In this document: one piece after another, positions 51,674 through 64,000 of the stretch
Layout of the letters: each line of letters begins with the position of its first letter
How positions within the stretch are numbered: the first letter of the stretch is position 1
Assembly: GCA_030248215.1 (NCBI GenBank)
Contig: JASANG010000864.1
Location: 310,001-374,000 of the forward strand
Direction of reading: 5' to 3'
Length of the DNA: 64,000 nt
Source: Enoplolaimus lenunculus
Taxonomy: Eukaryota
Notes under the pieces: model-generated
Database searches by the model: none
Told to the model about the DNA's origin: nothing
Seen by the model: only the letters and a program-made list of their open reading frames with translations
Made by a program: the position numbers and the translations under genes

Positions 51674-54600
51674 CTGTAAAACAAAATATCCTCAGAATGG
51701 ATCTTGTAGCTTTACTTAATGGTAGGAATGGTAGGATTTAAATAGTGTGTTGGTGAAATGATATTTTCAAACATGAGTGCGATAACTTAAGTTAGTCATT
51801 TTGGTCAATGTAAAGAACATGGGCGGAACACTATTATAAGCACATTCCTAAGCCTAACCCTAAGCCAAAGCCTAAGCGTAAGAATGATTATATTCCTAAG
51901 CCTAAGCCTAAACCTATGCCAGGCAAAACATTTGTCTAAAGCTTAAGCTTACTCTTTTCTAGTCCCACAGAAAAACGTTCCGCCCCTGATCTTGACATGG
52001 GCCGTAATTTGTTCCATAAATGAAATCTTCTGGCCTTAGGTGTAAATTACCCAAAATCCCGGTATAACGGCGTCCCGTAAATGTTCGAATCGCTTAACTC
52101 GTTTAATGTATCCGGCTGGGTACACGTACAGCAGTGAACACAATTTCTTAGCGTATTACAAGAGGATTTTATCATTATCTATAGATGTGACCTTAATATG
52201 TTTGAAATTGCTTGCCTCAGGTTGTTTATGGTAGACGCCAGGGTACCAATACGAATTAGATTTTGCCAGAATATCAACACGAACAGGAATTGAATTTTAT
52301 GCCGAAACAGGAACAGGAACCGGAAATTAAAATAATTTTCAAAACAGAGTTACTGTTTCAGTTTTGATTAAACTAGCCAAAAACGTGCGTTAAGCTAGAG
52401 TTTTTCTCGATATATTCTTCAATTTTATCAATTATACAAAATCACTTATATATCAAATATTTTAGTCTAATCACTTATTACCTAAACAGATCAAAGAGTA
52501 AAAGCGTTTCATTTGAAACTAATAACGGTTCCTGCGTTCTACGATACCGGAACAGGAACAGGAATCGATTTTTCGCACGAATTCCGGCGGAACCCGGGAG
52601 GATGCGTTTTGTGCGCCACATATTTTAGGTTACAAATTACTATGTACTGCAGATTAGGTATTTTCTTGGAAAGTAGTACACAAAAAATATGTCTGGCTTC
52701 TCGCTCGCTTCGCTTGCGAAGTCTCCTTAGTTATTCATGCTGTCTCGTTGTAATTTTTGGTTGCCAAGATAAAGAGCCTGCCGTCGTATTCCATGGAGTT
52801 CTCACACTAGGGCCCATATTGTCAAATGTGCGTAGCAACTAATGATCATCTAGTAATAGGTTTTCAAACTCACTATTCATTTTATAGTTGTTGAACGCAA
52901 AATTGGTGCAGGAGTAGAGCAAATCATATGCGAAAAAATTTGCTGTATTTTGAGCCTCAGCAATCACTGGTTCGACAAGACCTATCACCAGCTGGTGATC
53001 TTTGCTACACACAATTGAGAATACTGGCCTAGATAAGAACGGCCTTATCTGTTACCAGGTCAAACCGCGAAAACGGAAATTTCATTTATGAATGTAACCG
53101 AAAACATTTGACAGAAACTTACTTAGTTTTGATCCATATGCAGAATAACTACCAAACAAGGTCTGACTGAAGGGTTGAAAGTATACCCGATAATTAAAAC
53201 TAAACAAAGCCTAAGCCTGGCTTAACGCCTAAGGCCAACAGATGTTCAGGGCCTATATGTCGGAGACATTAGACAGCGTATTTTTGTCGACCAACAACGT
53301 ATTATTAACTACTAATAGATAGAAGAGTTATTGTAGACTCGGTACCCTGCTGCTGCGGCTATTACCTGTACAGCTCGGTGGGTTTCCTGTAAACATTCCA
53401 ACGCTGATTCGCGCGATATCCGAACACTCTTCGATGCTGAACTTGAAAATAAATATTCATAATCAGAATCGTCGTCTTCGTTTCGAGGTACGACAAGATT
53501 ATTGATGCTGGCAGATTTTGATTGGCTGCCTCGACCGGTTACTTTGTCTTCATGGGTCGCTGTTGAGCCAAGCTTTCCAGTATTCGTCTCGGTGATGACT
53601 GGTTGATTATTAATGCTCGGCGTTGATTGGTCAAAATGGCCTGCGGCTTTCGTAACATTTGATGCTAATTGCCTATCGACAATATTTTGCGATTCAGTCG
53701 GTGACGTTGTTGTCGCCGCTTGGATATTTTTTGGTTCCGTCAACGACGTCTTCTCTTCTGGTTGGTTGGATTTCAGTTCAGTTGTTGGCATGCTCGTTGC
53801 TGATTGGCTGTTTTCAAGCATTGCCGCATTCTGACTGGTTGACTTGCCGTTATGTTCGGCTGTTGTGTTTGGCGTTGAACGAACGTTAGCTGCAAATTGT
53901 TCACTTTTCGACAAAGTCGCCGGTATTCTCATCGCTGATTGGTTAATTTCAGCTTCAGCTGTTGGTGTTCTCGTCGCTGATTGGTTGTTTGTACTCGTCA
54001 ATAATTTCATACGCGTGTCTGATTGGCTGACGAGCGTTTTCCGACGTTTCGATAGTGTGGCTGATTTCACGAGCGTATCTCGTGACTTCAAGGGGTTATC
54101 ACGCGATGCATCATTAATATCATCGTTGACATCAGACTCACCGGCAAACTTGTCCCTGATATGTGACGGTAGGTTAGTTAACGATTTTGAAGTTGATTTG
54201 TAATAGGTCATTAGCTTATTAGGCTTAGAGCTTGATTTTCGCGACGGATGCTCAGCATCAGCTGGTTTATTGAAAAATCTTTGTGCGAGTCGTGCCACGC
54301 GGTTACCCATTCGAGAGCCAACAGACGGTTTTCGAGTGACCGTTGGCCGGTTCTCAGCGTCTTGGGCAGCGGACGCATCAGCGAGAGCTGTCGAGCTAGC
54401 AGAGCGTTGAGCATTATTGAGCAAAACGGTCAAATTGGTTTCGTGTCGTTTCGGGTTCCAAGTTGCCGTTTCAAACGGCGGGTTGGCCGATAATTGAGTT
54501 GATTCGCTCATGGCACGCGAAGACCCGTTCGCTGTGAGGAGTTGAAGACCAGGGTCTAACTCGAGGGACGGGATTTGAAACGCACCGCCGGATTTGTATC

Positions 54601-57600
54601 CGGTTTGAGTGGTGGCAAGTGTGGCACTGGTCAATTCGTCTAGCACCGCATCTAAAGTTGCGTTAATTTCAGATTCGGTCATTGCGGTTGCCGTCCGTCG
54701 CTCTGAGTTTAGTTCGATCCCAGTTGAAGCTTTTGGTCGCTTAATCGAATGTCGACCAACTGGAGCTGGTTGGAGTTGAAAGTAACCCTCTTGATCACCG
54801 GACCCTATCTTGACCGTGTCTAATTTAGAACTTTCGCTGATTGCTGATTTTACACCAGCATTAGTGCCTTCCAGCTGTGATCTTTTAATCTCGGCACGGG
54901 GTACAGCTAACTTTAATGGTATATCGTACAATTCTGGCGGTCTGACTAATTCGATTGGCTCAGCGCTAGTAGAATCGCATGGAAGTTCTGGGATATCCCG
55001 AAATTTCGCTGCTGATAGGTTAATGGAAGCGTTTCTCTTACCTGGAAATTCCGCTGTTCGTATTAATTGCTGATCAACTTTCACAGACGTTGTAGAGTGT
55101 TTATTCACCTGCGCGGATACTCCACGGTTTTTTGGACTATCATATAGCATACCAACAGCTTGACCGTGCCCTGAATGGCTATTCGCCGTTGGCGTGGTTT
55201 TTGTGCTCAAATTTAATTGGTTGATTTTCGCTGACGGAGGTGATACTTGATACGCCGAGTGACCAATCGGATTCGAATACGAGTCGTCAACTGCCACAAC
55301 AGAAGCAGACGCTTTCTCTGATTGGACATCTATCAATGGAACAGATTTCGTCTTGAATTCTGATTGTTTAATTCTCGCTAATGATGGTGGCACTTGATAC
55401 GTCGAGTTACCAGCCAGATACGAGCAGGACTCATCTGATGCAGCACGAGAAGCTGTCGCTAGTTCTGATTTGACATCCATCGCTGTTTTGATTTTCGCTT
55501 TGAATTCTGATTGGTTAACTCTCGTTAGTGATGGTGGCACTTGATATGTAGAGTGACCAATAAGATTCAAGTGTGAGTCGTCATCATTAGACGACAGTGT
55601 ATCGCGAATTCCGTCACTAGCCGCTGTGCTAGCTGTAGTCGAACTCACCGGATCAACCGAAGAGCTTGATTGCCTGCTAGGGACCCGATCGCTAGCCAAT
55701 GGCTCTGTATTTACCTTTAAAGGTGCGACGGCGGTGTTCTTTACATTTGACTTCGTCAAAAATGATTGGTTCAAGTCTGCTGATGCTTCAAGACTAGTAG
55801 CGTTTCGATTAGCGTCATGTATTTGAGAGAAATACCCTAGCGAACCGGCAGGAATTTGGTATAGGGGCGTCTGATTGTCTGGAGTGTCGACAGAGCTAAG
55901 GAGTTGGTTTAGTTCATATTGGTCGCCACTGTAACGTGAACTAGAAGATATATGACTAGATATTGATCTTGGATTATTGTAGACATTGTCGGTCGTAGAT
56001 GTGTTTGCATGTTGGCCTAAAAAATAAATGTTAAACCAAGTGTAACACGCTGGGTCACTGGAGTTTTTCAAGGATTGTAGCCCGAGGAAGGAAAGTGGGT
56101 CCATGGCCTTCTCTAACGTGTGTTTAACAAATGGTGTTTTTGGTAATAACTAAACGCTAACTCGAGTTAAATAGACTTCAAACAAAACCGTATATTTTTA
56201 AGCAATTGAGTTGGTCTTTCCCAAACCAGAATCCTACGAACATCCATGCGTGTTTATATAACCAGGCAACAATCGGATCATAACTTGAACAACTAACCTT
56301 GTTCATCTCAAAAATGTTTGACAGTAGTGACCAAAAAATTTCCACCCAACCACTCAACGAGCTTGTAGCCAAAGGGCGTCGGCCCGGAAAGGCTCACACC
56401 CGGCTAGAAAAATTTTGGTCCTCGTACTGAAAGTATTGGTGCGGTTCATTTGTAAGCCATTTGCAATCCAAATATGCCTACCCTCGGAAATTTTCACTGC
56501 TACTCCCGCGGTATGTTGAGTATAATATATCTGAGTATTACATGATCCGTCACATCTGAAAAAATCCAGGTAGATCCACTACGCGAATAAAAAGATAAGC
56601 TTAATTCACAATCAATTTTTTATCCTTTATAGCTCTTGTTCAGTGTCCCGAAAACCGCTAAGCCTACGCTTAGACAAACGGTTACCTATGTCTAAGCTTA
56701 AGCCTTTGTCTACGCATAAGCCTTAAAGGCCAAGCCTACGCCTTTGCCTAAGCCTTAACCTTAAATAAGGAAAAATGTACGAAAGCCTATGCTAACTAAT
56801 CAACATTTGCCAATTACAAATATTCACCAATTTGTGTGATTGCAGCAGTTGCGGCCGCTTCAAACGCACCAGGAACAAATCGTGAAGCTCTGTACGGGTT
56901 ATCATCGTCCCAGCCGGTGGAACCGCCCGACAATAACCCAGAAGGCCCGACTTGATGGGTCTGAATGGATTGGCCACTGTACGTGTAGCAGTCACCAATA
57001 CGTGTTGGACGAATTATCTGTAAAGCAAAACATATACCCGTTGATCAAAAGTCAATTTCAAAACACCCACGCTTGTAGTTTGAGTTTTCAATTGAAAAAC
57101 GTCTGCCAACCCATGATTTACAGTGAACGTTGCGTTTTGAACAAATCGTAAGCAAAGTGAGCGAAAAGCTGGGCACAGATTTGAAATCAACGCATGATTC
57201 AATCGCTAGATCTCTAAGATTCGACATTAGCATGAGCGTAAAGCTGTAAAGGCAACATCAAGGTCGAGGCTATCACCGAGACGCTAGAAGTAATATTAGT
57301 ATTAACTCTTTCTCCAGAAATCATTAAACGTTTTTTGGTTCATGGATTGAGGAATCTAAACCGTCATGGCTACGTAAGACATCCTACATTCGGAGTCGCG
57401 CTGAGAATGGGCCAACGAAGGCGCCGCTACCATCTCAATTTACTATTCTGAGTATATCAAAAAAATTTGCAAAATACAGTATCACCACACAAGTTCGTTA
57501 TCCTATATTTCCAAAAAGTGTATTAGGCTCTTCGCTGCCGTACACCTATAAATTGCGTATACCCACCCTTACCGTCAGAAATTTTTGAACCGACCACCAG

Positions 57601-58245
57601 GGGTGGCGTACGAGTGGAAGAATGATACAAATGATATATTTTCTCTCAAAATTGCCTGGAGAGACTAGAATAACATTTTCAACACACTTTTTACAATATC
57701 CTTCTAGGTCGAAACAAATTCCTGCCCAATAAGGTTATGCCTCTCGAACTGAAATCCTCACTGAGTCCTGTCCGCCATTGCCGATTCTGGTTGTGTACGT
57801 TCGTGCCTCAGCCGCTATTGGTTCAATCCTACTCCACAATATTAGACCATTCGCTTATCCGGCTCTTGAACACTTCGTCCATAGGATTGTGCGTAGGCTT
57901 AGGTTTGGGACCTTCGGAAACGGTTGTCCTAAACCTGCGCCGAAACCTAAGTGGAGAAAGTGTACATGAGCGACTATTCGTTTCACTAACTTTCAACTGC
58001 TCGCGTATTTCCGTATCGTTTGATGTCTCAGGGGATAATAATCGTAGCCTGTTCGACGGTGCTAATCCTTCAACTCCAGCGTCGTTTGAAACCAACCACC
58101 ACCCTGGATTATTATGGTCCACAGCGCCATTTGCACCAGCTGAACTCAGGGGGTTCGTGTCAAGCACAAATAGCACATCCCCTTTTCGAAACGATAATTC
58201 ATCTTCGGTATCTGGCGTATTGCTGTACACTGCGAGCGCTTGCAT
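49418..58245 (-). CDS. BCAR1: p130Cas/BCAR1 (CAS-family) adaptor protein, about 1783 aa
   Basis: Exons 58245-57991, 57017-56828, 56016-53366 and 51673-49418 join in frame. Features: N-terminal SH3 (ALAVYSN..DELSFRKGD..GWW..GLAPSNRL), IIRPTRIGDCYTY (cf. CAS VVVPTRVGQGYVY), several YxxP motifs, serine-rich four-helix region, RPLPAP, EDYDIV, and the FAT-like CAS C-terminus (HAKLVTLSAHKLIYVADSL...MVDSVVQLS). Confidence 0.92.
51803..52003. mobile_element. Telomere-repeat MITE, second subfamily (Cas intron)
   Basis: GGTCAATGTAAAGA...TCTTGACATGGGCC; TSD 6/8 match. Confidence 0.7.
53366..56016 (-). CDS. BCAR1: Cas exon 3, substrate domain (YxxP motifs) to start of serine-rich domain
   Basis: YNNP, YQIP, YQVP x2, YSNP, YDSP, YDIP; TTTTAG acceptor, GTAATA donor. 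Confidence 0.88.
56828..57017 (-). CDS. BCAR1: Cas exon 2 (IIRPTRIGDCYTYSG...), not in the ORF track frame
   Basis: TTACAG acceptor, GTGAAT donor, CAS-type PTRxG..Y.Y motif. Confidence 0.82.
57991..58245 (-). CDS. BCAR1: Cas exon 1, SH3 domain
   Basis: SH3 consensus; GTTAGT donor at 57990; TTTTAG acceptor 11 nt upstream of the ATG. Confidence 0.88.
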
Positions 58246-58356
58246 AGTTGAGTTGAAGTTGCTAAAATAATTGTTGCAAATACTGAAGAATTGTAAGGTT
58301 TGAAACAGAATTTGTGTGGTTTGGCGTTAATTTAAATACTGAGAAAGTTACAGTTG

Positions 58357-58547
58357 AGCCAAAGTATACAACACGGCCGGTAACAGTAGTATAAACATGT
58401 TTCTAAGTCTAAGCCTAAGCGTAAGAATGAGCTTAACCTAAACCTAAGTTTATGCCTAAGCCTAAACAAAAAATTAGTCTAAAGCTTAAGCTTTACTCTA
58501 TTCCAGTCCTACTGAATTACATCCCGCCTCTGATCTTTACATGGGCC
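58357..58547. mobile_element. Telomere-repeat MITE, second subfamily
   Basis: Ends GATCTTTACATGGGCC; TSD TACAGTTG/AACAGATG. Confidence 0.7.
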
Positions 58548-58614
58548 AACAGATGTAACTGTTTCAATTATAATAGGAAAGTAAATGCAAACACATTTGA
58601 ACACTTTCTTCTAC

Positions 58615-58925
58615 ACTTTAGATTAGGGCTACGGCTTAGGCTTAGGCAAAAATTTAGGATTTCCTTAATCTAAAACGAATACCTAAGCCAAAGCCATTTT
58701 AGATTATGGCGACGGTTTAGGCTTAGGCTTAGCCTTAGGCAAAAATTTAGGAATTCGTATTCCTTTTCCTTAACCTAAATCGAATGCCTAAGCCTAAGCC
58801 ATTTTAGATTATGGCTACGGTTTAGGCTTAGGCTTAGCCTTGGCAAAAATTTAGGAATCGTTATTTCTTTTCCATAATCTAAATCGAATGCCTAAGCCTT
58901 AAGCCTCCGCTCAAGCCTAAGCGCA
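58615..58925. repeat. Tandem units with opposed TTAGGC/GCCTAA tracts upstream of the Cas gene
   Basis: TTAGATTA..CT/GACGG..TAGGCTTAGGC...AAAAATTTAGG...GAAT.CCTAAGCC recurs three times. Confidence 0.75.
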
Positions 58926-59587
58926 AATGTGGAGAAAAGTGAACAAAAGCTCTAGGGGGTTAAGAGAAAAATACGAACGCGCGCCGGTACTTTTCGTTCC
59001 ATGTATTTTCCGGTCGGCTGCACACTGTTGTTTAGGGGCATCATCGACTCTTGGTTTACTCAAAAAAACGTAGGAAAACGCCAATGATGATAGGGTAAAT
59101 ACCTCCTTGGCAACCTAACGTACCTTGTTCAGGCATTAATTAAATCATAACAGTAAGCAAATATTTGATAATTAAATAACCATTAAGTGAAATGTATAAG
59201 ACCGAATTTTCCTAAAAGAAAGCGTTGCACTATTGTGCCCCTGCGATTTAAGAACCTGTAAATTACAGCTGCAAAAACCTGTACGTGTGAATACTGAGTT
59301 AACCTTTTTTATAAACGCGAGTTAACTTTTGAAACTAAAAATTCAAAATATTTAACGTTGAAAACCAGAAGCGTAGCTAAAATGTCATTTCGGCACAGTA
59401 TAATCTCATACAAATACCCCTAGTGAGCGAACCGTACGAGCGAGAAAATTGTTTGACCTCTAGAATCTGGAAGATTACTTTCTAATCCACGTTTAACGTG
59501 CTTTTTTTGTATTTCTCCAAAAAGTTTACATCGAAATATTATTACCATTTCCTATCAATCCTTCAATGCCGCCCTATTTAAAATACG

Positions 59588-60150
59588 GGTCCATGTAAAC
59601 ATCATAGGCGGAGCGTTTTTGTGTGTGACTGCAATAGAGTAAGCTTAAGCTTTAGACTTAAGTTTTTTATTTAGGTTTACGTATAAGCTCATTCTTACGC
59701 TTAGGTTTTTGGTTTAGGAATATGCATGCTCAGTGGCGGATCCAGGATCTCAAAATGGGGGGCCAAAATTTCACAGGTAAAAAACTTATTTTTGACCCAT
59801 ACTGTAGTGACCCAAATAAGAGGGGGTCCCGATTTTGAGTCCCAATTAATAGGAGTCCGTATTCCTAATAAGAATCCGTAAGCGGGTAGAGTCCTTAAAC
59901 CCTTGTTTAGAGTCTATAAAGGTCTATTATCCCTAATTGTAGCGCATAAATGAATCCAGGGCCAAGAAACTTTAAAGCGTGCTTATACTATTGTGTATAA
60001 AACAGAGAAATAAACAGCGTAGAACAGCAATTGACACTATATAATTTTTGTCGAGATGCTGTTGGGGGGCCATGGCCGGTGTGGGCCCCCGTGGATCCGC
60101 CATTGTGCATGCTTATACTACTGGTAAGGCCCTGTTCCATACATTGGGTC
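59588..60150. mobile_element. Telomere-repeat MITE interrupted by a hAT-type MITE (59731-60105)
   Basis: Outer TSD AAAATACG/AAAATATG; inner element CAGTGGCGGATCC...GGATCCGCCATTG with perfect TSD TGCATGCT. Confidence 0.8.
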
Positions 60151-60347
60151 AAAATATGCATCGCAATTATTTAGGTATATGCATGCTTATACTACTGGTA
60201 AGGCCATGTTCTATACATTGGTCAAAATATGCATCGCAATTATTTAGGTATATGCATGCTTATACTACTGTTAAGGCCCTGTTCAATACATTGGTCAAAA
60301 TATGCATCGCAATTGTTTAGGTATATGCATGCTTATACTACTGTTAA
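60106..60347. repeat. 73-74-bp tandem triplication of a MITE end junction
   Basis: TGCATGCTTATACTACTG at 60106, 60180, 60253 and 60326. Confidence 0.88.
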
Positions 60348-61507
60348 ATTTTTTAGACAACTCTGCGTTTCAGAGGAAAAATCAAAAAACATAATTTTAG
60401 CGAAAACTTAGGATATCCTCGTAGTATGTGCGACTTGACGATTCCAACACCTACAAAACTCGACTATATTCCGGAACGTTTTTCCCATGAGGATCCACCT
60501 GGTGAAAGTAAAGCTGAATTTTTGAAAGTAAATTGAATTAAGTGTATTTGCTTACCGAAGTATGTCTATTGGGAAAACTAAGCTAAAAGACTTATATATA
60601 GGCAACTGAAGAAACGATGCGTTTAAAACTAGCAAAAAACTACACCCACAGCATAAAACAAGTTGCGAACCCTGAACAAGCCGTTTAGTTTTGATATTTA
60701 AACAACTCTCGGCGGCGAGTGACTCAAAATTTTCAACTTCTTCAGCACGGGATTGCCTATCCCGCAAGCCGATAATCGATTTTAACATCCTTTGCGAGTT
60801 CAAGGATTAATTGAGCAGTTGTTACTGAAACGCTAATGCTACTTAATCACGAACACAACCACTCCCGTATATCATTTTGGAGGTCAGCTACTTTATGTAT
60901 ACTTCGCCGACAACCAAAAACCTTTACTCAAAACCAATAGAACGCCGAACATGTTTTGGGGGAGAGGCAAAAAAATTCATTCGAGCCAGGAGGGATATCG
61001 CAGATATTTGCAAACGAGGGAGGTCACATCCCCAGGCCTGTAGCCAGCTCAAATTCGTGGGTGGCTAAAAATTATTCAGGAGAGGCGTACAAGGGTTTTC
61101 GTGACTTACCAAGCAAGGTTTAAAATTTACAAGGGGGGGACAAAATGTTTCCATACGACGCTGAGCCCCCCCCCCGGCTACGGACCCAGTCACAACTTTC
61201 GTGGCGACGCCAAAGCAGCTTTAGCAAGAACGGCCTATCTCCTGGACCCCCAGTGGCAACAAGCCCACCTTTCCCTGTATCAAGCATGCATCGGTTACAG
61301 GGTACGTACCCGAGTCAGCTCATAAGCGGAACGTAATTTCTTACTCACAAGGCTGCCTTACAGCGCCAACTATATAAATTAGTTTGAACTAACTTAGACA
61401 AACGAATATGGGGTCTATATGTTCGCTGCTCTAAACTCGCATAAAATATTTATACTTGTAGAAATGTGGTAGAAACACTAGAGTTGAAACCTCAGACTAA
61501 GTATAGG

Positions 61508-61685
61508 CAGTGGCGGATCCAGGATTTCAAAATGGGGGTAGCCAAAATTTCACAGGTAATAAACTAAGTTTTTCACCCACACACAAACCACGAACTATTG
61601 CCATAAAATTGCTATATAATTTGTGTCGAGATGCTGTTCGGGGGGGGGGGCACGGCCGGGGTGCCCCCACATGGATCCGTCATTG
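61508..61685. mobile_element. hAT-type MITE
   Basis: TIR CAGTGGCGGATCCA / TGGATCCGTCATTG; perfect 8-bp TSD AGTATAGG. Confidence 0.85.
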
Positions 61686-63583
61686 AGTATAGGGTTTATC
61701 GAGTTAAACAAAGTCTAAAATGATATATTTGACAAGTTTTTCCATACTGTGAGGTCTAATATAGGTTACCCTTCTGGTCAGAGATGAATACAGGGGTGGG
61801 TTGTGGTAGCCCCGACCCAGGAGAGATTGTTGCAAGACGATCCATGGGGCGCTCCACGATGAAACTGTGCTTTAGTTTAACCCCGGGAAATGAGCAGTTG
61901 AATAACAAAAAATTAACAGAATTCCAACGATGTTTATGTTGATTAGCATATTTTTGTGAACAATACAAAATTTTAAATGTTCCGTCTGCTGAATAATTTT
62001 TCAGCTTCGATTTGAGCTTAAATTTAAAAATCGAGACAAATTTATGTTTCAATTTTTACCCCATTTAAGAGTCGGTTTAACGGCAACATTCACCGACGAA
62101 AAGAAAACGCATGCTAATCGCGATACTGTTTCACAAATATCCGCTACAAAATACACAACTAAACCGGAAGCTGATTATAAGACGGAACCAGCTCCGCTAC
62201 AAAATACACAACTAAAGCGGAAGCTGATTATAAGACGGAACCAGCAAGGACTATATTTAACCTCACATCAATTGTTTAGTAAAACGTGCCGGATTCAAAA
62301 AAGAATCCTCGCCCGTTGATAAATACTGACACCGCCAAACGCTACTGTAGACCAGAAACGCTCGCATTCTAAACCGAAAACCCAAATGTTAACTTCGATG
62401 CTAATGTATTTCATCATGAACTCGCTTAACAACCATAGTCTTGCGCTACTGCAAAATAACGCTGTGAAAACCAGACATTTGCATATATATTATATATTAG
62501 CTAGATTTTGCACTAATTGCCTGCAATTGCAGTTGCATTTGCGTAATTTAATCAGTGCGTATTATTACTGCGTTTGACTTGTAATTCGATTGCAGCTTTG
62601 AATCATCACGGGATTGCAAGGTTTAGCAATCTTAGAGTGTCACAACTGTGGGGGGAGCGTGTGTTAGGACTACGGCAAGTTTTGGACTGCCGAAGCATAT
62701 AAATTGTGTCGAGATTAACATTCGAAGGAACTGGTGCTTCAGGAGCGGGACGTTTTTCCGTGGGACTAGAAAAGAGTAAGCTAAAGGTTTAGACTAATAT
62801 TTTTGGCTGGCTTAGGTTTAGGCTAGGCTTAGGCTTAGGAATATGCTCATTCTTACGCTTAGGCTTAGGTTGAGGCTTACGCTTAGGCTGACGAATATGC
62901 TTATAATACTGTTCCACCCATGTTCTTTACATTGCCCCCCCACCGCTCAAGTATCTATAATTATTACATAATCATATGCTTAGGCTTAGGCTAAAGATTA
63001 GGCTTGGCTTGAGCCCAGCCATGATGAGGCTTGAGATTTAAGCTTTAGCTTAGGCTTATTCTTTGGCATAGGCTTTGTGGGGCACGCCTTATGCTGAGGG
63101 GAAAGTCTACAATTACCAAGATTCTAATTTGAGCTCACCACACCAACCCGTTTATATTCTTTGTCAGCTGCGTCTACACGCATGACTGAGTAAATTAGGC
63201 AATTTTAAGCTTTCAAATCCGTTTTATCGGTTGTTAAGCTGCAAATAGGTTTAGGCATCACATTTAAACCTAATTACAGATGGCGTAACCTGATTGGTTC
63301 AGGTTAACATGCGGAGAATTCGTGTCGTAGCAATAAACGCACTTAGTTCTATGGTATGGTCAATCTTGCGCAATGCACTTGGACTGCAAAGCGTCAAGTC
63401 GACGTAATTTGTGCTCGCCAAACGCAGGTCCGCATCCAGGGACGGGACAGACGGCTCAGATCCGCAAGAAATTTGTTAATTGCTCCACTAGAACAGCTTT
63501 AGTTCCGCGTGTTGTCTTGTTATTTCAACCGCATGTCCCTCCTAAAATAGTTTTGGGCCGCTCAAGCTTTAGCCTCTTTTGGT

Positions 63584-64000
63584 CACTTTTCACCTCCTCA
63601 CTCCTGCTGCAACCTTTGGCTGGATTGAAACGTGGGTCATTTTTTGTGGGAATCAATATTTCATTCCGATACTGGCCGTGCGAAAACGACCTGGCGTCTT
63701 TTTTAATGGGGGTCATTTTTCACCTCCTAGTCATTCCTGCTGCAACTTTTGGCTGGATTGAAACGTGGGTCATTTTTTATACGAATCCATATTTCATTTC
63801 GATACTGGCCGTGCGAAAATGACCTGGGGTCTCTTTTTAATGGGGGTCATTTTTTTCACACGAGAGTGGTACAAAAATAGGACCCCCAACGTGGGTCATT
63901 TTTGTGGGAATCAATATTTTATTCCGATACTGGCCGTGCGAAAATGACCTGGGGTCTCTTTTAATGGGGTTCTTTTTTCACACGGTTATGCTACACAAAT
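63584..64000. repeat. About 130-bp tandem repeat running to the window edge
   Basis: CGTGGGTCATTTTT...CGATACTGGCCGTGCGAAAA.GACCTGG recurs three times. Confidence 0.8.

Noticed and set aside
56017..56104. ORF-track start of the 930-aa protein (and the 31722 start of the 783-aa ORF)
   Set aside because: Both N-termini are intronic read-through; strong acceptors and phase-matched upstream exons explain the true structure.

Overview
AT-rich, repeat-dense animal genomic DNA with GT-AG introns; abundant TTAGGC repeats point to a nematode (inference). Three spliced genes were reconstructed by hand. (1) The SH2-PTB part of a tensin on + (7 exons, 16213-21666). (2) A PHYHIP/PHYHIPL-family gene on - (about 41084-29371, 5' end unresolved) with an unusual C-terminal extension of about 615 aa. 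(3) A p130Cas/BCAR1-family gene on - (4 exons, 58245-49418, about 1783 aa). There is also a U2 snRNA gene (46717 to about 46903). Non-coding DNA is packed with short TIR elements, several nested, including about 10 copies of a GG-terminal, 8-bp-TSD (Merlin-like) MITE family carrying telomeric repeats. The most striking feature is a complete 617-bp miniature LTR retrotransposon (42077-42693). It has a perfect 5-bp TSD, 255-bp LTRs, a tRNA-Pro-type PBS and a PPT, and each highly structured LTR contains a degenerate tRNA gene with Pol III A/B boxes and a TTTT terminator.
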